A stretch of 32,000 nucleotides of DNA. Source: Pseudoalteromonas translucida KMM 520. Its GTDB lineage: Bacteria > Pseudomonadota > Gammaproteobacteria > Enterobacterales > Alteromonadaceae. Below, piece by piece: positions 17,605 through 27,271 of this stretch (within the stretch, counting starts at the first letter, position 1; every line of letters starts with the position of its first letter). The stretch lies in contig NZ_CP011034.1 of assembly GCF_001465295.1 (NCBI RefSeq), forward strand, positions 2,310,001 to 2,342,000, given 5' to 3'. The notes beneath the pieces were generated by a model. It worked only from the letters and a program-made list of their open reading frames with translations, was not told the DNA's origin and did not search any database. The translations under genes and the position numbers were made by a program.

Positions 17605-18751
17605 TTATTAACTCCGCTACAGCGTTGGCTGCTTGTTCGCTGGCATTTAACCTAATTTTTTCGTGAATCGCTAAAAAGCGTGCTTTTAATACTTGGTTAT
17701 CGGTATTTAGCATAGGCGTAAGAGCTTGCGTTAAATTTGCTACATTGCACTCGCTTTGTAAAAACTCGGGCACGAGTTCTTCATCGGCCAATAAATTCGG
17801 CAATGAAAAATACTTTATATTAAAGGTAAATAAGCTTTTAAAAATCCAATAGCTCAGTGGTTTAATTTTATAACCCACTACCATGGGCTTTTTATACAGC
17901 ATGCCTTCAAGCGTGGCAGTACCCGACGCTAATAAAATAGCATCGGCTGCTTGCATAGCCTGTTTTGATTGTCCATCCAGCAAACTAATTTTAAGCGTTG
18001 GCGCAGTGGCATTTAAAATTTCAGTAAACTGCGCTTTGCGTTTGGCGTTAACCAATGGCACCACAATTTTAAGTGCTGGGTTTTGCGCTTGTAACTGCAC
18101 GGCTGTTTTAATATAGGTTTCGCTTAATAAGCCTACTTCTGAGCCGCGACTACCCGGTAGCAGGGCAAGTACTTTATCATCTGGGCTTAGACCTAGCTCT
18201 TTGCGGGCTTTGCTATCGTCGTGCTCAAGCGCTATATCGTCTGCTAATGTATGGCCTACAAATGTACAAGGTACTTGGTGCTTATCGTAAAATTCTTTTT
18301 CAAACGGTAATAATGCAAGCACTAAGTTAGTAGCAGCACTTATGGTATGAATGCGCTTTTCTCGCCATGCCCAAACCGAGGGGCTTACATATTGTACTGT
18401 TTTTATTCCGGCATCTTTAAGGGGCTTTTCTACGCGCAAGTTAAAATCGGGCGCATCTATGCCAATAAATACATCGGGTGGATTATCAATAAAATGTTGC
18501 ACCAGTTGTTTACGTATTTTAAGCAAGCGCGGCAGACGCCCTAATACTTCAACTAACCCCATTACCGACAATTCATCCATGTCGTAAAGCGTGTTACAGC
18601 CTTGCGCCTGCATTTTAGGGCCTGCTATACCTTCAAAAATCGCATCGGGAAAATTTTTTTTAAGGGCTTTAATTAAGCCTTCACCTAAAATATCGCCCGA
18701 CAATTCACCTGCCACAATACCAATTCGTAGTTGTTTTTGATCTTTATTCAT
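17594..18751 (-). CDS. lpxB: Lipid-A-disaccharide synthase
   Basis: The N-terminus [14 protein letters not shown] parallels E. coli LpxB. It is 385 aa and overlaps the rnhB start by 11 nt. Confidence 0.9.
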   Translation of the reverse strand: MNKDQKQLRIGIVAGELSGDILGEGLIKALKKNFPDAIFEGIAGPKMQAQGCNTLYDMDELSVMGLVEVLGRLPRLLKIRKQLVQHFIDNPPDVFIGIDAPDFNLRVEKPLKDAGIKTVQYVSPSVWAWREKRIHTISAATNLVLALLPFEKEFYDKHQVPCTFVGHTLADDIALEHDDSKARKELGLSPDDKVLALLPGSRGSEVGLLSETYIKTAVQLQAQNPALKIVVPLVNAKRKAQFTEILNATAPTLKISLLDGQSKQAMQAADAILLASGTATLEGMLYKKPMVVGYKIKPLSYWIFKSLFTFNIKYFSLPNLLADEELVPEFLQSECNVANLTQALTPMLNTDNQVLKARFLAIHEKIRLNASEQAANAVAELINAN

Positions 18752-18907
18752 TTGATTTTTTCACACGTAAACTAGGGCCTGTTGGCCTTTATGGGTTAAC
18801 AGGCTCTGGGCGTTAATTGAACCTAGTTTACCGCGTTTTCGTATTGGATTAAATGCTTAAAACTAAGTGCTTAAATTTGCTAAAAATAGCCCCAATACTG
18901 TATGCTT

Positions 18908-18921
18908 TTGATACTGATTAA
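18908..18921. promoter_or_regulatory. Weak FNR/CRP-family-like site
   Basis: TTGAT-ACTG-ATTAA matches 8 of 10 positions of TTGAT-N4-ATCAA. It lies about 165-178 bp upstream of cydA. Confidence 0.2.
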
Positions 18922-18996
18922 GCACTAACCGCTTATATTGCGTTTTGCTAATATAAATGTTGACTTCAAATGGTCAAAAGTAAATACTAATGTAAC

Positions 18997-19014
18997 TTTC
19001 AGTAATTACTGAAA
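18997..19014. promoter_or_regulatory. 18-bp perfect palindrome upstream of cydA (candidate operator)
   Basis: TTTCAGTAA|TTACTGAAA is a perfect palindrome. It ends 71 bp before the cydA ATG. Confidence 0.3.
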
Positions 19015-19085
19015 CCTTATAAAATCAACGCACCCGTCAAATTATTGCTTTGTGCTGTAACTACATCACATATTAGGAGCTAAAC

Positions 19086-20669
19086 ATGATAGATGAAACC
19101 TTTGTGGATCTATCGCGATTGCAGTTCGCTGTTACCGCCCTCTTTCACTTCTTATTCGTACCTTTAACCATAGGTATGACTTGGATCTTAGTTATTATGG
19201 AATCGGTTTACGTTATGACCGGCCGTGAAATTTATCGCGATATGACTAAGTTTTGGGGAAAATTGTTTGGTATTAACTTTGCAATTGGTGTGGCTACGGG
19301 TCTTACCATGGAGTTTGAGTTTGGTACCAACTGGTCTTATTACTCCCATTACGTAGGTGATGTTTTTGGTGCTCCCCTTGCTATTGAAGGTTTGATGGCA
19401 TTCTTTTTAGAATCGACCTTTGTTGGCATGTTCTTTTTAGGTTGGGACCGACTCTCTAAACGCCAACACTTAGGTGCTACCTTTTTAATGGCAATTGGTA
19501 CTAACATGTCGGCGTTATGGATTTTAATTGCCAACGGCTGGATGCAAAACCCAGTAGGTGCCGAATTTAATTACCAAACCATGCGCATGGAAATGACCAG
19601 CTTTGCTGAGCTGGTATTTAACCCTGTAGCACAGGTTAAATTTATTCATACAGTATCTGCAGGTTATGTTGCTGCGTCTATGTTTGTGCTCGGTATTAGT
19701 GGTTATTATATTTTAAAAGGACGCGACTTAGCCTTTGCTAAACGCTCGTTTTCAGTCGCCTCTGGTTTTGGTTTAGCCTCTATTTTTTGTGTTATTTTAC
19801 TCGGCGATGAATCGGGTTATGAAGTAGGCGAAGTGCAAAAAGTAAAACTGGCTACCATTGAAGCAGAATGGCATACCGAAGAAGCTCCAGCAGCGTTTAC
19901 ACTTATAGGTTTCCCCGATTCAGAAAAACAAGTAACCCACGGTGCAGTAAAAATTCCGTATGCATTAGGGCTTATTGCAACGCGCTCGCTCGATGAGCAA
20001 GTAACCGGTATTAACGACCTAGAAAAACAACACGAAGTGCGAATTCGTAACGGTATGATTGCGTACAAATACCTAGTAAAACTACGCGCTGGCGATGACA
20101 CGCCTGAAAACGTTGCTAAATTTAACACTCTAAAAGACGATTTAGGTTACGGCCTATTACTGAAGCGTTATACGCCAGATGTAGTAGATGCCACTGAAGA
20201 GCAAATTCAAAAAGCAGTTAAAGACTCATTCCCTAAAGTGGGCCCAATGTTTTGGTCTTTTCGTATTATGGTTGGCTGTGGCGTATTAATGTTGGGTGTA
20301 TTTATTCTTGCTTTTTACTATAACGCGCAGCGAGTTATTGAGCAAAAACGTTGGCTATTATGGGCTACTGTTTTAAGTATTCCACTGCCGTGGATAGCCA
20401 TTGAATTTGGTTGGATTGTGGCTGAATATGGTCGCCAGCCTTGGGCTATTTCTGAAATATTACCAACCTTTTTAGCAACTTCTACGCTAACGGTAAACGA
20501 TATTTTAATTAGCTTAACTGGGTTTATTGTATTTTATACCGGCTTAGCCATTGTTGAAGGTTGGTTAATGCTACGCTTTATTAAACAAGGCCCAAGCTCA
20601 CTGCATACCGGTAAGTATCACTTTGAACTACCCAATAACACCACTGAAGGTAGAGGAGAGCAATCATGA
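19086..20669 (+). CDS. cydA: Cytochrome bd ubiquinol oxidase subunit I
   Basis: The N-terminus DLSRLQFAVTALFHFLFVPLTIG parallels E. coli CydA. It is 527 aa. AGGAG lies 6 nt upstream of the ATG. Confidence 0.95.
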   Translation: MIDETFVDLSRLQFAVTALFHFLFVPLTIGMTWILVIMESVYVMTGREIYRDMTKFWGKLFGINFAIGVATGLTMEFEFGTNWSYYSHYVGDVFGAPLAIEGLMAFFLESTFVGMFFLGWDRLSKRQHLGATFLMAIGTNMSALWILIANGWMQNPVGAEFNYQTMRMEMTSFAELVFNPVAQVKFIHTVSAGYVAASMFVLGISGYYILKGRDLAFAKRSFSVASGFGLASIFCVILLGDESGYEVGEVQKVKLATIEAEWHTEEAPAAFTLIGFPDSEKQVTHGAVKIPYALGLIATRSLDEQVTGINDLEKQHEVRIRNGMIAYKYLVKLRAGDDTPENVAKFNTLKDDLGYGLLLKRYTPDVVDATEEQIQKAVKDSFPKVGPMFWSFRIMVGCGVLMLGVFILAFYYNAQRVIEQKRWLLWATVLSIPLPWIAIEFGWIVAEYGRQPWAISEILPTFLATSTLTVNDILISLTGFIVFYTGLAIVEGWLMLRFIKQGPSSLHTGKYHFELPNNTTEGRGEQS

Positions 20670-21805
20670 TTTTTGATTATGAAACATTAAAAATGCTGTG
20701 GTGGTTGATCATAGGCATACTGCTAATTGGCTTTGTAATTACCGACGGCATGGATATGGGTGTAGCCATACTTCTACGTTTCGTAGGTAAAACTGACTCA
20801 GAACGTCGTACAGTAATAAACACTATAGGCCCGCATTGGGATGGTAACCAAGTCTGGCTTATAACAGCAGCTGGTGCATTATTTGCTGCGTGGCCTATGG
20901 TTTATGCTGCGGCATTCTCGGGCTTTTACTTTGCCATGATGCTAGTACTGTTTTCATTGTTTTTTAGGCCACTAGGGTTTGATTACCGCAGTAAAGTAGA
21001 TTCAAAACGCTGGCGCAACAACTGGGATTGGGGCTTGCTTGCAGGCAGCGCGATTCCTGCATTAGTATTTGGTGTGGCCTTTGGTAACTTATTTTTAGGC
21101 GTACCGTTTAATATTGATAACCTAATGCGTGTGAGCTACCAAGGTTCATTTTTTGGCTTGCTTAACCCATTTGGACTACTTGCTGGTTTGGTCAGTATTA
21201 CCATGTTGGTTGCTCATGCAGGTATGTGGCTACAACTACGTACTGCTAGCTTAGTTGCAGAGCGCTCAGGGCAATATGGCCGTTATGCACTTATTCTATT
21301 TATTGTGCTATTTGCAGCAGCTGGTTTTTGGGTTGCTAATTTAACGGGTTATCAAATTGTATCTATGCCTGATACACAAAGCCACGCAGACCCACTGGCA
21401 AAAGTAGTTACAACTGCGCAAGGTGCTTGGCTAACTAATTACAGTGAGCGCCCTTGGACTATGACCTTCCCTATTTTAGCGTTTGCAATGGCACTCAGTG
21501 CATTGTTGTTCTCTAAATTAAATAAACCTGCACTAGGGCTTGCTTCAACTAGCTTAATGTTAATAGGCATTATTATGACGGCGGGCGTATCACTGTTCCC
21601 CTTTATTATGCCATCAAGCAATAACCCAAATATTAGTTTAACTATTTGGGATGCTGTGTCGAGCCATATGACGCTTAACGTTATGTTTGTTGCCGTAGTT
21701 ATTTTTGTGCCAATTATTTTATCTTACACCACTTGGTGTTACGTAAAAATGTGGCGTCGCGTTACGGTAGAAGAAATAGAAAACAACCCTCACGGTAGCT
21801 ACTAA
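20666..21805 (+). CDS. cydB: Cytochrome bd ubiquinol oxidase subunit II
   Basis: The N-terminus LWWLIIGILLIGFVITDGMDMG parallels E. coli CydB. It overlaps cydA as ATGA. Confidence 0.95.
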   Translation: MIFDYETLKMLWWLIIGILLIGFVITDGMDMGVAILLRFVGKTDSERRTVINTIGPHWDGNQVWLITAAGALFAAWPMVYAAAFSGFYFAMMLVLFSLFFRPLGFDYRSKVDSKRWRNNWDWGLLAGSAIPALVFGVAFGNLFLGVPFNIDNLMRVSYQGSFFGLLNPFGLLAGLVSITMLVAHAGMWLQLRTASLVAERSGQYGRYALILFIVLFAAAGFWVANLTGYQIVSMPDTQSHADPLAKVVTTAQGAWLTNYSERPWTMTFPILAFAMALSALLFSKLNKPALGLASTSLMLIGIIMTAGVSLFPFIMPSSNNPNISLTIWDAVSSHMTLNVMFVAVVIFVPIILSYTTWCYVKMWRRVTVEEIENNPHGSY

Positions 21806-21817
21806 GGAGACTAAACT

Positions 21818-21982
21818 ATGTGGTATTTCGCTTGGATTTTAGGTGTGCTTTTAGCCTGTACCTTAGGTGTAATAAATGTAATGTGGTATGAGTTTCAGCA
21901 AAATAAAGACAGTATTGCTGATGACGAGCAAGTAATGCATGATTTATTAAAAGAGACTAATACAACTAAAAATGACGACTAA
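21818..21982 (+). CDS. cydX: Cytochrome bd small subunit CydX (54 aa; below the ORF-track cutoff)
   Basis: Hand translation gives MWYFAWILGVLLACTLGVINVMWYEFQQNKDSIADDEQVMHDLLKETNTTKNDD. The first 9 residues match E. coli CydX (MWYFAWILG). AAGGAG lies 8 nt upstream. Confidence 0.85.
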   Translation: MWYFAWILGVLLACTLGVINVMWYEFQQNKDSIADDEQVMHDLLKETNTTKNDD

Positions 21983-23747
21983 CACCCGCCCAGATCGCGC
22001 GCAACAGCAGTCTTTGCGCGCTTTTTTAAAGCGTCAAAGTAAACCCGCTGCAATGCTATTAAAGCTTAGCATTGCACTGGGTACTGTTAACGCATTACTC
22101 ATGATTGCAGGGGCTTATTTACTTGCTCAGGCTATTCATAATGTAATTTTTGAACAGCAAAGCTTGGCTGAAATCACTTACTTATTATGGCCTTTGGCCG
22201 GTATTATTTTACTGCGCGCGGTATTTTTAGCACTAAGTGAACGCTTTAGCGCTTATGCTGCACTTAAAATAAAGTCGGCAATGCGCCAAACCCTACTTAA
22301 TAAGCTCAGTCTACTTGGGCCAAGCTATGTAGAGCAACATGGCCAAGGTGCTACCCTCAATACATTGCACAATGGTGTAGAAGCGCTACACGATTATTAT
22401 GCTAAGTACCTACCTGGCGTTGCCTACAGTGCGCTTATTCCGCTGGCTATATTAATCGTTATTTTTCCGACAGATTACAAAGCTGGGCTAATATTTTTAT
22501 TAACTGCCCCGCTCATTCCTTTTTTTATGATTTTAGTGGGCTCAAAAGCCGAAGCGCTTAATCAACAACGCTGGCAACAACTGGCGGTATTAGGGAATTA
22601 CTTTTTTGATCGCGTACAAGGGCTTACCCAACTTAAACTATTTAACGCAACTCGCATAGAGCTAAAACAAATTGCTAAAATATCTGATGACTTTAGACAC
22701 GCAACACTTAGCGTATTAAAAATTGCTTTTTTATCATCATTTGCATTGGAGTTTTTAGCGACCATTAGTGTGGCATTAGTGGCAGTTATTATTGGTTTTA
22801 GATTGTTTTTTGGCACACTTGATTTTGCCACTGGTTTTGTAGTTTTACTGTTAGCGCCTGAATTTTATTTGCCGCTGCGTCAATTAGGCAGCCACTATCA
22901 TGCGCGCTTGCAAGGTATAAGTGCCGCCGCCGACATGCTAATTATTTTAAATGCCCCATTGCCTGAGCAACAAAGTGAACACACTACTGACAACATTAGC
23001 GCCACTATAAGCTCAATTACTGTTAATAACCTTAGCTTTACCTACCCAAATAGTGATGAAGGGATAAAAAATATAAACTTATCTCTCCCCAATAAAGGGT
23101 TAATTGCCGTTGTTGGTGCCAGTGGCTCTGGTAAAAGTACTCTATTTGATTGCTTATTAGGGTTTCACCCTGAGGTAATTAAGCATATAAGTATTAATCA
23201 GCAAATTTTAAGTACTGCACATATTGGGCAATTACAAAATCGCATTGCGTGGATACCGCAATCACCCACGTTATTTTACGACACTATTGCTGCCAATATT
23301 AAATTAGCTAAGCCTAATGCAACACTACAAGAGCTTGAACATGCAGCAAAGCAAGCAGGTGCTTTGGATTTTATAAAGGCACTGCCTGATGGTTTTAATA
23401 CTTTAATTGGCGAGCAAGGTGAGGGGCTTTCTGGTGGTCAAAAGCAACGTATTGCTCTTGCCCGTGCTTTTATAAAACAAGCACCTATATTGGTACTTGA
23501 CGAGCCTACCGCGCACCTTGATAGCGAAACAGAGCAAGTTATTCAACATGCTATAGCTGATTATGCAAAACATAATTTAGTGCTCGTTATTGCGCACCGG
23601 CTCAATACGGTCAAAAATGCTGAGCAACTTATTGTAATGCACAATGGCAAAATAGCTCAGCAAGGTTGCTTTAATAGCTTAGCGGCTGAAGCTGGTGAAT
23701 TTGCCACTTTACTGCAAACAGCCCAGCAAGGAGCAGTTCATGCATAA
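21972..23747 (+). CDS. cydD: Cysteine/glutathione ABC exporter subunit CydD
   Basis: It has a six-TM domain plus an NBD, with Walker A GASGSGKST, signature LSGGQKQR and Walker B ILVLDEP. It is paired with cydC downstream of cydABX. Confidence 0.85.
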   Translation: MTTNTRPDRAQQQSLRAFLKRQSKPAAMLLKLSIALGTVNALLMIAGAYLLAQAIHNVIFEQQSLAEITYLLWPLAGIILLRAVFLALSERFSAYAALKIKSAMRQTLLNKLSLLGPSYVEQHGQGATLNTLHNGVEALHDYYAKYLPGVAYSALIPLAILIVIFPTDYKAGLIFLLTAPLIPFFMILVGSKAEALNQQRWQQLAVLGNYFFDRVQGLTQLKLFNATRIELKQIAKISDDFRHATLSVLKIAFLSSFALEFLATISVALVAVIIGFRLFFGTLDFATGFVVLLLAPEFYLPLRQLGSHYHARLQGISAAADMLIILNAPLPEQQSEHTTDNISATISSITVNNLSFTYPNSDEGIKNINLSLPNKGLIAVVGASGSGKSTLFDCLLGFHPEVIKHISINQQILSTAHIGQLQNRIAWIPQSPTLFYDTIAANIKLAKPNATLQELEHAAKQAGALDFIKALPDGFNTLIGEQGEGLSGGQKQRIALARAFIKQAPILVLDEPTAHLDSETEQVIQHAIADYAKHNLVLVIAHRLNTVKNAEQLIVMHNGKIAQQGCFNSLAAEAGEFATLLQTAQQGAVHA

Positions 23748-25479
23748 CTTTATTCGCTTACTAAAACTGTGCCGGCCTCACTACAAAGCCATGTTGTTGG
23801 GTACCTTTTTAGCCACTATTACAGTACTTGCTAATGTGGGGTTACTGGCTATATCGGGCTGGTTTTTAGCCTCAATGGCAGCAGCCGGTCTTGCCGGTAC
23901 ACAAATGAATTACTTTACTCCTGCGGGTACTATTCGCTTTTTAGCGATTGTACGCACCGCATCACGGTATGGGGAACGCTTAGTAACTCACAATGCTACT
24001 TTTTTAATGCTAAGTGAAATTCGCGTTAGTGTGTTCTCTACCCTCAGTAAACTCAATAATGTTGACTTAGCAATGAGCCGCAGCGCCGATTTAGTTAATC
24101 GGCTACAAAACGATGTAGACGCGCTAGATAAGTTTTACTTAAACGTATTATTACCTATGTTAGTTGCACTATTAAGTGTACCTATTATTATGCTGTTTAT
24201 GTCGGCATACAACGCCGATGTCGCACTTATTTGTTTTACCGGCATTGTCCTAATTGGTATCGTTTTACCCGCTTTTCTTAGCGCTAAATTAAATAAAAAC
24301 AGCCACAAAGAAACACAGCTAAGTGCACAGCTGCGCTCTGAGCTTTCCGATACTTTAACGGGCCTTAGAGAACTGAGTATTTATCAAGCTCGGGAACAGC
24401 AAATTGCTAAGTGCGATGATTTAAGCGAGCAGTATAATCAGCAACTGTTTATTCGCCACAAGGCGCTGGCTAATACCGATGGTTTAAGCTTATTAGTTGT
24501 ACAACTGGCCATGATCGCAAGTATTGTGACCATAGCGCCTCTGGTTTACAGTAATGCCATGGTTAACGTTGAGCTGGCAATGCTAAGCCTATTTGTGCTC
24601 GCCAGCTTTGAGAGTGTGTTACTCCTGCCAAATGCGTTTATTGAATTACCTAATGTGTTAAAAGCTGCTGAACGTTTATTTACGCTTGAAGATAAAGCCG
24701 CAAATGCAAATACGCAATATGATGCAGCTATCAATAATAATTCGGCTTTGCAAAACGCCTCTTTAACACTTAAAAACATTAGTTATTATTACGATAAACA
24801 CCCAGCATTAAATGACGTGAGTTTTGAGCTAAAGCCGCAGCAAAAAGTGGCCATTGTTGGTAGAAGCGGCAGCGGTAAAACAACCTTAGTTAACTTACTC
24901 ACCGGTTTATGGCCACTACAACAAGGCAGTATTACCTTAAGTGAGCAAGGCAACTGCGTTGATTTGCATTTATTAAACAACGATAACCGAGCAAAGTTAA
25001 TTAATATTTTGGCTCAACAGCATCATATTTTTGATGGCACTTTAAAAGAAAACCTATCCTATGCAGCGCCTAATGCAACTAAAGCGCAAATGCTAGATGC
25101 GCTGGCACATGCACAACTTAGCCCATGGTTTACTGAGTTAAAATCAGGGTTAAATACCCGCTTAGGAACCGGCGGGCGAAATGTATCACAAGGTCAGTCA
25201 AGGCGTATTGCAATTGCGCAGGCTTTATTGCAAAACCCCGCTATTTTAGTGCTTGATGAGCCAACAGAAGGGCTAGATAATCAATCTAAACAAAGTGTAA
25301 TGCATGCCATTATGCAAGTTATGAGTAACGCCAGTGTGCTTACTATTACCCATGATCCTGCCCTGCTTGAACATATGGATAATATAATTTGGTTAGAGGA
25401 TGGCCGCGTAATAGCACAAGGCACTCATCAGCAATTACTTAGCGATCCTGCTTACACGTCACTTACTATCCGTTTTTAA
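23740..25479 (+). CDS. cydC: Cysteine/glutathione ABC exporter subunit CydC
   Basis: Walker A is GRSGSGKTT, with a degenerate signature VSQGQSRR and Walker B ILVLDEP. The start is set at ATG 23740 because AAGGAG sits 6 nt upstream. It overlaps the cydD stop. Confidence 0.85.
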   Translation: MHNFIRLLKLCRPHYKAMLLGTFLATITVLANVGLLAISGWFLASMAAAGLAGTQMNYFTPAGTIRFLAIVRTASRYGERLVTHNATFLMLSEIRVSVFSTLSKLNNVDLAMSRSADLVNRLQNDVDALDKFYLNVLLPMLVALLSVPIIMLFMSAYNADVALICFTGIVLIGIVLPAFLSAKLNKNSHKETQLSAQLRSELSDTLTGLRELSIYQAREQQIAKCDDLSEQYNQQLFIRHKALANTDGLSLLVVQLAMIASIVTIAPLVYSNAMVNVELAMLSLFVLASFESVLLLPNAFIELPNVLKAAERLFTLEDKAANANTQYDAAINNNSALQNASLTLKNISYYYDKHPALNDVSFELKPQQKVAIVGRSGSGKTTLVNLLTGLWPLQQGSITLSEQGNCVDLHLLNNDNRAKLINILAQQHHIFDGTLKENLSYAAPNATKAQMLDALAHAQLSPWFTELKSGLNTRLGTGGRNVSQGQSRRIAIAQALLQNPAILVLDEPTEGLDNQSKQSVMHAIMQVMSNASVLTITHDPALLEHMDNIIWLEDGRVIAQGTHQQLLSDPAYTSLTIRF

Positions 25480-25865
25480 TTCGCTTTATCTATTACGGTA
25501 ACTTGCACATCAATAACGCCTACTTTAGGGTCGGCTATCTTTTTAAACATACTGCTCGATAAATCTATAATACGCCCGCGTATATAAGGACCTCGGTCGT
25601 TAATTCTCACTATTACCGACTTATTATTTGCTAGGTTTGTTACTTTCACTTTAGTACCAAAGGCCAGCTTAAGATGCGCTGCCGTTGCCCCTTGCTGATC
25701 AAAACGTTCGCCATTTGCGGTGGTTCTTCCTTGGTATTTATTGGCATAAAATGATGCTTTACCGAGTTGTGTCAGCTCCCCTGAGCTTGATTTTACAAGT
25801 GGTTGACTACTACAACCTGCAAGGATAATAGCAATAAAAGTAACAGTGAGTTTTTTAAGTATCAT
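25476..25865 (-). CDS. RlpA-like (double-psi beta-barrel) small lipoprotein
   Basis: It has the lipobox LAGCSS and the DPBB signature ASFYANKYQGRTTANGERF...INDRGPY. Confidence 0.75.
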   Translation of the reverse strand: MILKKLTVTFIAIILAGCSSQPLVKSSSGELTQLGKASFYANKYQGRTTANGERFDQQGATAAHLKLAFGTKVKVTNLANNKSVIVRINDRGPYIRGRIIDLSSSMFKKIADPKVGVIDVQVTVIDKAN

Positions 25866-25964
25866 TTAATAGCTTATGTAATTGATATAATTAGCAACTA
25901 GCCTACAACCACTTGCCTGAGCTGGTCCTGAATTACTCACTAATAATTATAAATAATAGGCAAT

Positions 25965-26000
25965 AAAAAACCACCATCGATTACTCTTAGGTGGTTTTTT
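25965..26000 (-). terminator. Rho-independent terminator after lpxA
   Basis: AAAAAACCACC (25965-25975) pairs with GGTGGTTTTTT (25990-26000). A T-run follows on the minus strand. Confidence 0.7.
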
Positions 26001-26018
26001 ATATAAGCTAAAAGGCGA

Positions 26019-26813
26019 CTATCGTACGATACCGCGCTCTGAGCTTTTAACAAAATCTATCATTAACTGTACTGCAGGATACTTTTGCGCATCTTCGCTA
26101 AGTGACTCAATTGCTTCATCTACACCTAGGCTTTTACGATAAAATACTTTATAAGCACGGCGTACAGCCATTATCTCATCGCTTTGGAAACCACGGCGTT
26201 TCATGCCTTCAGTATTAATTGCAACTGGGCCTGCAGGTATACCTATAGTAGTAACAAATGGTGGTACATCTTTATTGATAGCAGAATACATGCCCACAAA
26301 TGCATGTGCGCCTACCTTACAAAACTGATGTATACCTGAGTTGCCCGCAAGAATAACCCAGTCACCAATATGTACATGCCCTGCTACACTAGCGTTATTA
26401 GCAAATATAACATTATCGCCAATCACTGCATCGTGAGCAACATGGGTATAGGCCATAAACAGGTTATTACTACCTATAATGGTTACGCCCTGATCTTGAA
26501 TTGTGCCACGGTGAATAGTAACGCATTCGCGAATAATATTATTGTCACCAATAGTGAGCGATGTTGGCTCGTTGTTGTACTTTTTGTCTTGGCATGCTTC
26601 ACCAACCGACGCAAACTGAAAAATATGATTTCCAGAACCGATAGTTGATGGGCCTTTAACTACAACATGAGATTCAATAATACAGTTATCACCAATGACA
26701 ACATCATTGCCAATATAACTATATGGTCCCACTGAAACATTACTGCCTAGTGTCGCGCCTGGTTCGATTATTGCCGTTGGATGAATCACAATTAAAACTC
26801 TCTTCTCGCACAC
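26019..26813 (-). CDS. lpxA: UDP-N-acetylglucosamine acyltransferase
   Basis: It has hexapeptide repeats, the N-terminal [10 protein letters not shown] and the C-terminal SERGIVR, all parallel to E. coli LpxA. The track start is a GTG overlapping fabZ by 22 nt. A GTG at 26789 is an alternative start. Confidence 0.9.
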   Translation of the reverse strand: MCEKRVLIVIHPTAIIEPGATLGSNVSVGPYSYIGNDVVIGDNCIIESHVVVKGPSTIGSGNHIFQFASVGEACQDKKYNNEPTSLTIGDNNIIRECVTIHRGTIQDQGVTIIGSNNLFMAYTHVAHDAVIGDNVIFANNASVAGHVHIGDWVILAGNSGIHQFCKVGAHAFVGMYSAINKDVPPFVTTIGIPAGPVAINTEGMKRRGFQSDEIMAVRRAYKVFYRKSLGVDEAIESLSEDAQKYPAVQLMIDFVKSSERGIVR

Positions 26814-27268
26814 ATAATTTCGGCGCTACATACTAGCTTGCCATCGACTTTTGCTTCTGCTGCAAACTTCCATAAATTACGACGTTCTTTTAAAAACTCA
26901 ACATGTAAATGCATAGTATCACCAGGAAGTACTGGTTTTTTAAAACGTGCATTATCTACAGCTGCAAACAAATACAATTCATTTTCGCTACGGTTTTCAA
27001 CCGTTTTAAAGCCAAGTAACCCAGTTGCTTGAGCCATGGCTTCTAATATTAGTACACCCGGAAAAATTGGCTGATTTGGGAAATGCCCGGTAAAAATGGG
27101 TTCATTTATAGTCACATTTTTAATAGCATGCAAAGATTTTCCAGGTATAAAGTCAATTACTCTATCAACTAATAACATCGGGTAGCGATGCGGTAATAAA
27201 CTTAAAATTTCTTGAATATCAAGGCTATTTAATTCGTTTGCCAAAATAGCATCCTCATTAGTGTTCAA
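26792..27268 (-). CDS. fabZ: 3-hydroxyacyl-ACP dehydratase
   Basis: It has the [14 protein letters not shown] motif. The TTG start lies 3 nt after the lpxD stop. Confidence 0.9.
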   Translation of the reverse strand: MNTNEDAILANELNSLDIQEILSLLPHRYPMLLVDRVIDFIPGKSLHAIKNVTINEPIFTGHFPNQPIFPGVLILEAMAQATGLLGFKTVENRSENELYLFAAVDNARFKKPVLPGDTMHLHVEFLKERRNLWKFAAEAKVDGKLVCSAEIMCARREF

Positions 27269-27271
27269 CGT

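Noticed and set aside
18811-18830. ArcA-like box (CGTTAATTGAACCTAGTTTA) upstream of cydA
   Set aside because: The two GTTA-like half-sites are about 14 nt apart rather than the 11-nt direct-repeat spacing of the ArcA consensus.
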